Positions 40,781-49,349 of a DNA stretch of 64,000 nt are shown in pieces. Within the stretch, counting starts at the first letter, position 1, and every line of letters begins with the position of its first letter. A program made the position numbers and the translations under genes. The DNA lies in the NCBI GenBank assembly GCA_963675755.2, contig CAXXMD010000002.1, positions 2,176,001 through 2,240,000 on the forward strand, read 5' to 3'. The notes beneath the pieces are model-generated. The model saw nothing but the letters and a program-made list of their open reading frames with translations. It was not told the DNA's origin and ran no database searches. This DNA is from a bacterium (lineage in GTDB: Bacteria > Zhuqueibacterota > Zhuqueibacteria > Residuimicrobiales > Krinioviventaceae).

Positions 40781-41926
40781 ATGAAATCATTATATAGCAA
40801 AGTTATTTATCTTTTCATTTTTTTCACCTGCATTACACTTGCATCAACTCCCGAGGAAGGCATATTTGCTGTCATATCTCCAGCAGTAACATTTGATAAT
40901 CGCCCCATGCTTTGGAAAAACAGAAATAGCGACAGCACAAATACAGCTTTGCACGCATTCAGAGGGAAAAAATACGACTTTATAGGTCTAATCAAAAACA
41001 ATGATACAACCGCAGTACTGGCAGGACAAAACACATCTGGCTTTGCCCTGGTATTCAATACGGCTATGGACCGAAAGAATACCAATTCAACTAACCCGGC
41101 AATTCTGGTAAAATCCGCTTTGGGAGAATGCGCAACAGTTCAGGAATTCCAGGATTTGCTAAACACACAAACCGGTCCGTCACTGTACGGCTGTTTTGAC
41201 AATCGCGGTAATTGTGCTGTTTTTGAATCAACATCAGATTCTGTCATTCAGTTTAATGTATCAAATCCGGAAACAGCACCAAACGGATTTCTGGTGAGAC
41301 AGCAATTTTCAATGAGTGCTTTAACTCAACTCGAATCAGATTCATGGCCTTACCACCGCACTAAACATCTATTAACGCAACAGGCAGAACGAAAAAATAT
41401 CGCTCCGCAATACCTGCTGCAAGTTGTCGCCAGGGATGTCACGAGCAAAGATCTGGACCCTGCTCCACTCCCCTTTGACGGACGTTACAAAGACGCTCCA
41501 AAACAGTTTGTCAAGACAGAAAACACCATTAAAAGCTACCGTACAACCAACACCTTTGTCTTTTATGGTTCTTCTCCTAATAAACCGGGACAGGCAGGAT
41601 TTTATTACATTGCAGGAGATCCTATATGTGGTGTTGCGGTGCCCCTCTGGCCGGATTGTGGAGAGGTCCCCAAATCATTACAGGGAAATGGCTATTTTTC
41701 AACCAGCAGCGCAATTGAAGCAATACATAAAAGAATATATCATAAATCGAAATGGCCGCATTATTTTGATTCAAAATTGCTGGCCAAAGGCAATAAATCG
41801 GTCTATAAAAGAAACCTCGAATTTGAACAGAAAATGCTTAATACAATATCTTCTGAAGCAGATAACAATAAACTTTTAGAAACTCAGCAATCCTGGGCAC
41901 AACAGGCTTTTAAATTGCTGAAATAA
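40781..41926 (+). CDS. Exported Ntn-hydrolase (C45-like) homologue, probably lacking the nucleophile
   Basis: AVISPAVTFDNRPMLWKNR resembles the family N-terminus but without the preceding Cys. Confidence 0.5.
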   Translation: MKSLYSKVIYLFIFFTCITLASTPEEGIFAVISPAVTFDNRPMLWKNRNSDSTNTALHAFRGKKYDFIGLIKNNDTTAVLAGQNTSGFALVFNTAMDRKNTNSTNPAILVKSALGECATVQEFQDLLNTQTGPSLYGCFDNRGNCAVFESTSDSVIQFNVSNPETAPNGFLVRQQFSMSALTQLESDSWPYHRTKHLLTQQAERKNIAPQYLLQVVARDVTSKDLDPAPLPFDGRYKDAPKQFVKTENTIKSYRTTNTFVFYGSSPNKPGQAGFYYIAGDPICGVAVPLWPDCGEVPKSLQGNGYFSTSSAIEAIHKRIYHKSKWPHYFDSKLLAKGNKSVYKRNLEFEQKMLNTISSEADNNKLLETQQSWAQQAFKLLK

Positions 41927-41966
41927 TTACTATTTTTAAACCCTATTTTCAAGTTGTGGAGTTGTT

Positions 41967-43781
41967 GTGTCAGGCAAGATTCCTGCGGATAAAATTGAAC
42001 AAGTAAGACTGGCCTCAGATATTGTTGAAGTGGTTTCCCGCTATTTAACATTGAAAAAAGGCGGCAAAAACTATTTCGGTTTATGCCCATTCCATAAAGA
42101 AAAAACTCCCTCTTTTAGTGTTAACGCCGAAAAACAGATTTTTCATTGTTTCGGTTGTGGTGAAGGCGGCAATGTGTTCAATTTTGTTATGCGCACAGAA
42201 AACATCACATTCCCGGAATCCATCCGTCTACTGGCCAAACAAGCTGGCATTGAAATTCCTGAAGATGAAGAAAATCTTGCAGATTACCGCCACAAAGAGG
42301 CTCTGTTTTATGCCAATAACCTGGCAAAAGCCTTTTATCTACACAACCTGATTTCCGAAAAATCCGCTCAAAAAGCAAGAGATTACCTGGCTGATCGTGG
42401 TATAGGCCCAGACCTCTATGAAAAATATGGTATTGGTTACGCGCTTGACGGCTGGGACAATCTCATCAAACACGCAAAACAAAAAACAGTCAACATAGAA
42501 GTCTTGTTTCAGGCTGGCCTGGTATTGCAAAATAAAGAAGGCGGATATTACGATCGTTTTCGTGGACGGGTAACGTTTGCTATCCACAATACCAGCGGGC
42601 AGGTCGTAGGTTTTGGTGCCCGTCGCATTATCAACGACAACTCGCCCAAATATATAAACACACCCGAAACAGATGTATATCAAAAACGTCAGGTGCTTTA
42701 TAATCTGCATAACGCTCGTGAGGCCATACGAGAAAATGATCATGTCATTATTGTAGAAGGATATACCGATATAACCGGAATGGCAATGAAACAGTTTAAC
42801 AACTGTGTAGCAACCTCCGGTACGGCACTTACCGCTGACCATGCTGCATTGCTTCATCGCTATACCAAAAACGCGACCTTGTTATTCGATGGCGATTCTG
42901 CTGGTGCTTCTGCTGCGGTTCGTGGTGCAGAAATCCTGATGGAAAACGGTATGGATATCAATATCTGTCTGTTACCCGGTGGCCAGGATCCGGATGAATT
43001 TGCACGCAATAACGATCACCAAACCATAAATACATTTCTTGCCAAAGCTCAACCCTATGTTGACTTTAGACTGGATCAGTTTAAAAACGTTGACAAGGGA
43101 GAAAATGCCGCTCAAAAATCAGATCTTACCCGTGATCTTTTAATGACCTATGCAAAAGTGACAGATCCCATTAAACGCGCGTATATGGTCAAAGAACTGT
43201 CAGAGAAACTGAAACTGGATGAAAGTATCCTCTGGAATGAAATAAAAAAAATGCAGCGCCATGTACCCAAACCCGCAGTTGAACAACAGGAAAAAGCAGC
43301 CCCGACAAAAGATACCGCTTTTTTTAAAAGTAAACGGGGAGCTGCAGAACTGGGCCTAATGACTTCGGTATTTTTATTTCCTGACCTCATCCCTGATATT
43401 CTAAAAAACGCGAGTCTGGATCTGTTCAGTCATCCGGAAATACATGATTTTTTCCACCATCTTGAAACAGACAGGATTGAATCCAATGATTTTGATGGTA
43501 CCCGCTATCTGTCATTCATCGAAGATCCATATATTGCCAGAAACCTTTCTCAACTTTTAGCTCAAGATAACCAGGCAGATAATCAAAAATCAGTCACTCA
43601 ATATGCCAAAGAATGTATAGTTACAATACAATTGTCAATTGTAGATATAGAAATTCAAAACACGCGCAAAGAAATGCAAAATAGAACGGCTGTAAATCAA
43701 CAAGAGGTTGTGGAAAGATACCTATTTCTACAACAAAAAAGAAAAGAAATAGCAAGTGGTTCCTTTATTTCCTTTAACTAA
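41967..43781 (+). CDS. dnaG: DNA primase
   Basis: CPFH...CFGC zinc finger, KYINTPET, VEGYTD, FDGD Toprim. Confidence 0.96.
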   Translation: MSGKIPADKIEQVRLASDIVEVVSRYLTLKKGGKNYFGLCPFHKEKTPSFSVNAEKQIFHCFGCGEGGNVFNFVMRTENITFPESIRLLAKQAGIEIPEDEENLADYRHKEALFYANNLAKAFYLHNLISEKSAQKARDYLADRGIGPDLYEKYGIGYALDGWDNLIKHAKQKTVNIEVLFQAGLVLQNKEGGYYDRFRGRVTFAIHNTSGQVVGFGARRIINDNSPKYINTPETDVYQKRQVLYNLHNAREAIRENDHVIIVEGYTDITGMAMKQFNNCVATSGTALTADHAALLHRYTKNATLLFDGDSAGASAAVRGAEILMENGMDINICLLPGGQDPDEFARNNDHQTINTFLAKAQPYVDFRLDQFKNVDKGENAAQKSDLTRDLLMTYAKVTDPIKRAYMVKELSEKLKLDESILWNEIKKMQRHVPKPAVEQQEKAAPTKDTAFFKSKRGAAELGLMTSVFLFPDLIPDILKNASLDLFSHPEIHDFFHHLETDRIESNDFDGTRYLSFIEDPYIARNLSQLLAQDNQADNQKSVTQYAKECIVTIQLSIVDIEIQNTRKEMQNRTAVNQQEVVERYLFLQQKRKEIASGSFISFN

Positions 43782-43857
43782 TACATTAAGTGAATCCTTA
43801 TTCACAACAGTCTTGAGCATATAGTCGTAAATTTTCTCGAAATTTATGTTTTTTATA

Positions 43858-43886
43858 TTGACAATATATTTGTTTTTTAATATATT
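43858..43886 (+). promoter_or_regulatory. sigma70-type promoter upstream of the peptide gene
   Basis: TTGACA-17 bp-TATATT. Confidence 0.55.
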
Positions 43887-44047
43887 CATGTTGCGGTTAT
43901 AGGTAATCACTAAAACAGGAGGGGTATAAGGACCAAAATAGTTTAACATTATTGTATCTGCTATACTGAATTAGTATATAATCAGTAAAATCTTCCCTAC
44001 CGAGAACAAGAGTCATGTCAATCAAACTTCAAAAAAGGAGATTCGAC

Positions 44048-44347
44048 ATGAGAAAGAGTTTTATTTTTATTATGGTAGGGTTAGCATACGTTGTAATAGC
44101 CATGGCAGCATCATGGGCAAACACGTCTAGTGCTCTGGACAAAACGCTGGAAATCATTGGACTTTCACAAAAAGCAGACACCAGCACGATACAGCAGATA
44201 TCCGATGAGTTGAAACCTATGTCCGACAACGCAAAAGGAGAAAAAGAGCAGCAAAAGACTAGTATCCTTAAAAATTCAAGCAATTTATTAGCTTATTATG
44301 TACCGGTACCGCCTCCGGGGAATCCAGGTACCGATCCCAAAGACTGA
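44048..44347 (+). CDS. Small secreted protein / candidate signalling-peptide precursor
   Basis: AAGGAG RBS; signal peptide; low-complexity linker; C-terminal LLAYYVPVPPPGNPGTDPKD. Confidence 0.7.
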   Translation: MRKSFIFIMVGLAYVVIAMAASWANTSSALDKTLEIIGLSQKADTSTIQQISDELKPMSDNAKGEKEQQKTSILKNSSNLLAYYVPVPPPGNPGTDPKD

Positions 44348-44419
44348 TTTTAGAAAATTTGATAATACACTTTACGAGCAACTAATACATATTGACATGA
44401 TCTTTTGTTCGAGGTACCT

Positions 44420-45493
44420 ATGATTAAAGGCAGATATAATTTCACATTGATAACCAAAATACTAAACAGTTGGGTATTGTGTTTAGTATTTTTGGTTATT
44501 ATTTCATATTTGCCACATTGGCCAATGCCAATCTCCAGTTGGATAAATCTTGGGCTCTACGCCTTGTCCTTTATTCTAACTTTTTCAATCCTCATCAAAG
44601 ATAAATACAGCCTTTTCACGTTTTTACCATTTTCATTGTTCTTTCTGGGTTGCCTGTTACTGTTACCCGCAATGTTTATTGGTGATGATTTGATATTCGG
44701 CAGTAACCTGGTATCCATCCTCTATTACAAGTATATCTTTTTATTTTGCATTTTCATGTTTGCTTTCGCAGTATTGAATTATGCTTCGCAGGTTGCATTG
44801 ACTCCAAAACGGCAATGGATACTTTTCCTGGCATCATTTGCTTTTACTTTGGGAGTCTTTGTATTTCACTTTCACGATATCTTTTCCCCGGAAGTTACAA
44901 ACATATTTAATAAAAAGTTCTTCCAAGGCTCACTCACCTATCACCTGCTGCCTGTGGTTGCATTGTTTTCATATGGCATTTTAAATCCATACTTGAAACC
45001 CAGGTATGGTGAATATTCTCACTCTATCATGACCGTTCTGGCATTATTGAGCATTCGTGAACTTGGTACAGCCATATCCGAATTAAAGCATGTCTTTCTT
45101 TTCGGAATCGATCAAATATTCCTCACACTTGCTTTAATTTTGTTAAACTTTTTTCTATTCAAAAAATACAACTTTTTATCTTCAACAACCGGTGCGATTT
45201 ATTCTCAAATTGTCAACAATGATCTGGATATTGGGAACCTGCGGCTCGAAAGTCGTGACAGAAAAGGCTTTAAAATCTTTGCCGCTTTTGTATTTTATTT
45301 TTACCAGAGGAAAAATATCATTCTCCCCTTTCTCTTGTTTCTGGTTGTAGGCTTTAAATATCTCAATCCGCCAATTATAGTAAGCCTCAATATTCTTGCG
45401 TTTGCTATTGTAACTTTTTTTGTCTTTTTCTACTTTATTGTTATATATAATAAAAAGAACAAGAATCAAGATTTTTACATTCAAAAGATATAA
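44420..45493 (+). CDS. Polytopic membrane protein of unknown function
   Basis: About 9-10 hydrophobic segments, no recognised enzymatic motif; GAGGT RBS before ATG 44420. Confidence 0.7.
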   Translation: MIKGRYNFTLITKILNSWVLCLVFLVIISYLPHWPMPISSWINLGLYALSFILTFSILIKDKYSLFTFLPFSLFFLGCLLLLPAMFIGDDLIFGSNLVSILYYKYIFLFCIFMFAFAVLNYASQVALTPKRQWILFLASFAFTLGVFVFHFHDIFSPEVTNIFNKKFFQGSLTYHLLPVVALFSYGILNPYLKPRYGEYSHSIMTVLALLSIRELGTAISELKHVFLFGIDQIFLTLALILLNFFLFKKYNFLSSTTGAIYSQIVNNDLDIGNLRLESRDRKGFKIFAAFVFYFYQRKNIILPFLLFLVVGFKYLNPPIIVSLNILAFAIVTFFVFFYFIVIYNKKNKNQDFYIQKI

Positions 45494-45530
45494 AGGATCT
45501 AATTCATGAACAACATAACTGGGAGTAACT

Positions 45531-46439
45531 ATGGGTAGGGGCAAAAACAAAATACTGGGCAAAAGTTCAGAGATCAGCCGGGTCCGGCGATCTGTGAAAG
45601 CAATGAATGACAAGCAGGAAAATGTCTTGTTAGTTGGCGAAGTTGGTAGTGGTCGCGCGTTGATTGCGGCTCAACTCCATGAAACCGGCGACCGCAAAGA
45701 CAAAAAAATGGTTACCGTACTATGCAGTGCCATTGATGACACAATAGAACCTGATACTATTTTTGGCAATTCCAAAGATCCCGCAGTTTACAATGGTGAC
45801 CTGGATGCTAAAGAAGGTACTATCTATTTTGACAGTGTCGATCAATTATCTGCAGAATTGCAAAACAGATTGTACAATTTCATTTCCACCGTAAATCCCA
45901 AATCCTTGAATGCTCGTATTATTGCTTCAGCTGATCCATCGCTTGAAAACAAAATACGTGAAGGTGAATTTAAACTTGAACTTTTTCAAAAACTGGACGA
46001 GTTTAGGATCAACATCCCATCTATTCGGGAAAGAAAACAGGATATTCCATTTCTATTCAGCCACTTTTTAGATAATTTCTGTGCCGAATATGAAAAACCG
46101 CTTCCTACAGTACCTTTTGATATTTTTGAAGCTATTCTGGAATATGACTGGCCAGGTAATGTGAGTGAACTAAAAAATAGTGTTAGAAATCTGGTTATCA
46201 TGTCACCTGTTGGAGAGTTGTCACCGGAATTTTTACCATTCCGAGTTCAACCCAATCCACTCGAAGTACTTGCAAGTCGCGACCTTACCTCTGCTGTTTC
46301 CGAGGTAGAAAAATTCCTGATCCGCAAAGCGCTTGCTCGTTACGAAGGCAATCAGTCCAAAGCAGCACAGTTGTTACAGGTTTCGGAAGCCACATTGCGC
46401 TATAAAATGAAAAAATACGGCTTTCAAAACATTAAATAA
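45531..46439 (+). CDS. Degenerate sigma54-interaction (bEBP) AAA+ domain with Fis-type HTH, no sensor domain
   Basis: GEVGSGR, RERKQDIP, YDWPGNVSELKN, GNQSKAAQLLQVSEATLRYKM. Confidence 0.85.
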   Translation: MGRGKNKILGKSSEISRVRRSVKAMNDKQENVLLVGEVGSGRALIAAQLHETGDRKDKKMVTVLCSAIDDTIEPDTIFGNSKDPAVYNGDLDAKEGTIYFDSVDQLSAELQNRLYNFISTVNPKSLNARIIASADPSLENKIREGEFKLELFQKLDEFRINIPSIRERKQDIPFLFSHFLDNFCAEYEKPLPTVPFDIFEAILEYDWPGNVSELKNSVRNLVIMSPVGELSPEFLPFRVQPNPLEVLASRDLTSAVSEVEKFLIRKALARYEGNQSKAAQLLQVSEATLRYKMKKYGFQNIK

Positions 46440-46465
46440 ATACCGGGGATGGATTCTGTGCGGAT

Positions 46466-47233
46466 TTAGGCAATATATTTAAATGTATTCCTGAATTCGT
46501 GCAAACCCATCAATTTCAATCCCGCATTTATTCCTTTATTTTGCTGTTCCTGATCATTATATCCCCATTCAGCCATTACGCATTGGATATTTGTGTCTTT
46601 TATCTTTAATAAAGTGTCAACCTGATCATCCACATACCAGATTTTATCTGCAGGTAATTGGTGTTTTTGCTGAATATCAAGTAATATTGATCGCTTACTG
46701 CGCTGTTTGTCTGCGGTAAACAGATTTTCCCGGACCAATGCAATATTTCGGTTTGCTAACAGCTTTATCACAAAATCTATTTTCTTTGTGGTAATGATAT
46801 AGAGGTTTTCCTTCACAGGAAAATTTATCAAGAAATCATCCATGCCTTCATACATGGGATTCAATTGCAGCCACAAATCCAAATGGTTGCTCGAAATATC
46901 TTCTCTAACCCGGTAAAAACTGTCAAAAAATCCCTGCCAGCGGTCTTTGTGTTCATCGGCAAATCTGTCAAAATCCTGTTGATTATTGATCTCTATTCCT
47001 TTTTCTATGGCTAACAGTATAAATAAAAAATCTGCGCCTGCTCGAATATAATTCCGGATTCGTTTAAATGTTTCCACCAAAGAATCATCCAACTCTTGGG
47101 GAGAACTCACCCGAGCATCCCCCTCCAGATTATAATATGCATTATAAGCGACTATTAAACATTCATTTACACTATTGCCAATTACTCCGTCAAAATCCAG
47201 AGCAAGTACGTGTTCATTAACATTAAATCCCAT
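46466..47233 (-). CDS. HAD-superfamily hydrolase
   Basis: LDFDGVI, ITTK, YVDD, EWGY; CAGGAG RBS before ATG 47233. Confidence 0.8.
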   Translation of the reverse strand: MGFNVNEHVLALDFDGVIGNSVNECLIVAYNAYYNLEGDARVSSPQELDDSLVETFKRIRNYIRAGADFLFILLAIEKGIEINNQQDFDRFADEHKDRWQGFFDSFYRVREDISSNHLDLWLQLNPMYEGMDDFLINFPVKENLYIITTKKIDFVIKLLANRNIALVRENLFTADKQRSKRSILLDIQQKHQLPADKIWYVDDQVDTLLKIKDTNIQCVMAEWGYNDQEQQNKGINAGLKLMGLHEFRNTFKYIA

Positions 47234-47316
47234 TATATCTCCTGATATTTTTACAAAAAGATAGTGATTTTTTTCTTCAAAAAAAATCACTGTTCACCAA
47301 ATAACTCAAATAAATC

Positions 47317-47345
47317 TTGACATCAAAAAAAAAAATTAATACATT
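47317..47345 (+). promoter_or_regulatory. sigma70 promoter of leader-trpB2 unit
   Basis: TTGACA-17 bp (containing A11)-TACATT. Confidence 0.65.
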
Positions 47346-47377
47346 CTTTTAATTCATTATTGAGGATTTTTAACACT

Positions 47378-47449
47378 ATGACAAAACACAACAACAACTG
47401 GCAATTTACCTGGGCTTGGTGGTGGAATATGTTTTGTTATAGTGGGTAA
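47378..47449 (+). CDS. trpL: Trp leader peptide MTKHNNNWQFTWAWWWNMFCYSG
   Basis: GAGG RBS; 5 TGG codons in 23 aa (3 consecutive); below the ORF-track length cut-off. Confidence 0.85.
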   Translation: MTKHNNNWQFTWAWWWNMFCYSG

Positions 47450-47483
47450 GAGCAGATAAACCTGAAAAATTTTTAATATACTC

Positions 47484-47516
47484 AAGCCCGCTTAAATTCA
47501 AGCGGGCTTTTTTTTT
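47484..47516 (+). terminator. Attenuator terminator
   Basis: aagcccgctt-aaattc-aagcgggctt followed by a T run; alternative pairing of 47441-52 with 47481-92. Confidence 0.85.
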
Positions 47517-47561
47517 GCAATTAATTATTTTTTTTTTAGTCTTTTAATTGATGGAGGAAAC

Positions 47562-48938
47562 ATGAGCGCCACTAAAATTCTTCTCAGCGAACAGGATATG
47601 CCAAGACAATGGTATAACCTGGCAGCAGATTTACCAAAGCCACCATTGCCACCATTAGGTCCTGACGGAAACCCCGTATCACCCGAAATGCTTGCACCGG
47701 TTTTCCCAATGAACCTGATTGAACAAGAAGTAAGCACCCAACGTTGGATTGATATCCCTGAAAAGGTATTGGAAATATACAGCATGTGGCGTCCTTCTCC
47801 CCTGTACCGCGCAAAACGTTTAGAAGCTCTGCTTGATACCCCGGCACGCATCTATTTCAAAAATGAAGGTGTTAGCCCTGCAGGTAGCCATAAACCCAAT
47901 ACTGCCATTGCACAAGCATATTATAACAAAGAATTTGGTATTAAACGCCTTACCACAGAAACAGGTGCAGGACAATGGGGAAGCGCCCTCAGTTTTGCAT
48001 GTGCTCTGATTGGTTTGGAATGTAAAGTTTATATGGTACGCATCAGTTTTGATCAAAAACCTTTCCGCCGGTTAATGATGGAAACCTGGGGCGGGAAATG
48101 CATCCCCAGTCCCAGTACCGAAACCAATGCCGGCCGTCAGATTCTTGAAGAAAACCCGGACACTCCCGGAAGTCTCGGTATCGCTATCAGTGAAGCAGTA
48201 GAAGCTGCTGTATCTGATCCTACCGGCGAAACCCGTTATTCATTGGGTAGCGTATTGAACCATGTTATGCTTCACCAGACCATTATCGGCCAGGAAACAA
48301 AAAAACAGCTTGAAATTGCCGGTGAAAAACTGCCGGATGTTGTTATCGGTTGTGCTGGCGGTGGTAGTAACTTTGCCGGTCTTGCATTCCCCTTTGTATT
48401 AGACAAAGTAAACGGTGCGGAAATTGATATCATTCCGGTTGAACCTTCCTCTTGTCCTACCTTAACCAAAGCCCCATTCCATTATGATTTTGGTGACAAT
48501 GCGGAAATGACACCACTCATGGCTATGCACTCTCTGGGTCACAAGTTTGTACCACCACCAATCCATGCTGGTGGATTGCGCTACCACGGTATGGCACCAT
48601 TGGTAAGTCATGCGGTTGAACTGGGTCTTATGAATCCATTGGCACTTGACCAATTGGAATGCTACGAAGCAGCTCTTACCTTTGCTCGTACTGAAGGTTT
48701 TATTTCTGCTCCCGAAACTTCGCACGCTATTGCTGCTGCTATCCGTGAAGCGAAAAAAGCTAAAGAAGAAGGTAAAGAAAAAGTTATCGTTTTCAACTGG
48801 AGTGGTCATGGATTGATGGACCTTACCGGTTACGATGCATACATGCGCGGAAAACTGATCAACTATCCATTACCGGAAGAAGATATTGCAAAATCTATAT
48901 CTGTTTTGGAAAATCTGCCCAAAGCAGTAATCAAATAA
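47562..48938 (+). CDS. trpB2: Tryptophan synthase beta chain, TrpB2 type
   Basis: [48 protein letters not shown]. Confidence 0.93.
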   Translation: MSATKILLSEQDMPRQWYNLAADLPKPPLPPLGPDGNPVSPEMLAPVFPMNLIEQEVSTQRWIDIPEKVLEIYSMWRPSPLYRAKRLEALLDTPARIYFKNEGVSPAGSHKPNTAIAQAYYNKEFGIKRLTTETGAGQWGSALSFACALIGLECKVYMVRISFDQKPFRRLMMETWGGKCIPSPSTETNAGRQILEENPDTPGSLGIAISEAVEAAVSDPTGETRYSLGSVLNHVMLHQTIIGQETKKQLEIAGEKLPDVVIGCAGGGSNFAGLAFPFVLDKVNGAEIDIIPVEPSSCPTLTKAPFHYDFGDNAEMTPLMAMHSLGHKFVPPPIHAGGLRYHGMAPLVSHAVELGLMNPLALDQLECYEAALTFARTEGFISAPETSHAIAAAIREAKKAKEEGKEKVIVFNWSGHGLMDLTGYDAYMRGKLINYPLPEEDIAKSISVLENLPKAVIK

Positions 48939-48946
48939 TTCTATTT

Positions 48947-48980
48947 ACCGGAATTTGCCTTTTGGGCAGATTCCGGTTTT
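48947..48980 (+). terminator. Intrinsic terminator after trpB2
   Basis: accggaatttgcc-tttt-gggcagattccggt followed by T run. Confidence 0.7.
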
Positions 48981-48999
48981 TATTTTTTAGGCACATATT

Positions 49000-49257
49000 A
49001 TGATTGATCAACACGATAAACTTGAAAAACGCTGTCCCATGCTGGGGCACCCTATCCATTTCCACTATTGCAGGACCACCACAAAAGATACGCCCTGTCG
49101 TAAAATCATGGACTGCTGGTTCGAGCAAATCCCTATACAGGAGTTTGTTAAGGAACATTTTACAGAAGAAATGATTACTGCAATGGAACAGCCCCCCAAA
49201 CCCAAAATGCTCAGCCTCATCGAACTCATCGAAAAAGCAAAAAAGTCTCAGGAATAG
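49000..49257 (+). CDS. Small Cys-rich hypothetical protein
   Basis: RCPMLGH...YCR...PCRKIMDCW, four spaced Cys. Confidence 0.65.
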   Translation: MIDQHDKLEKRCPMLGHPIHFHYCRTTTKDTPCRKIMDCWFEQIPIQEFVKEHFTEEMITAMEQPPKPKMLSLIELIEKAKKSQE

Positions 49258-49349
49258 ACGATAAATTACTCCAATTACCCCTGCGCCCTCTGCGTTAAAT
49301 ATATTATTGCCCGGCACCCATCAGATGCCAGGCAAATAACATCCAGACC

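Noticed and set aside
44290-44347. RiPP precursor or plant peptide-hormone mimic
   Set aside because: No modifying enzyme or peptidase-transporter nearby; the resemblance rests only on a short Pro-rich stretch
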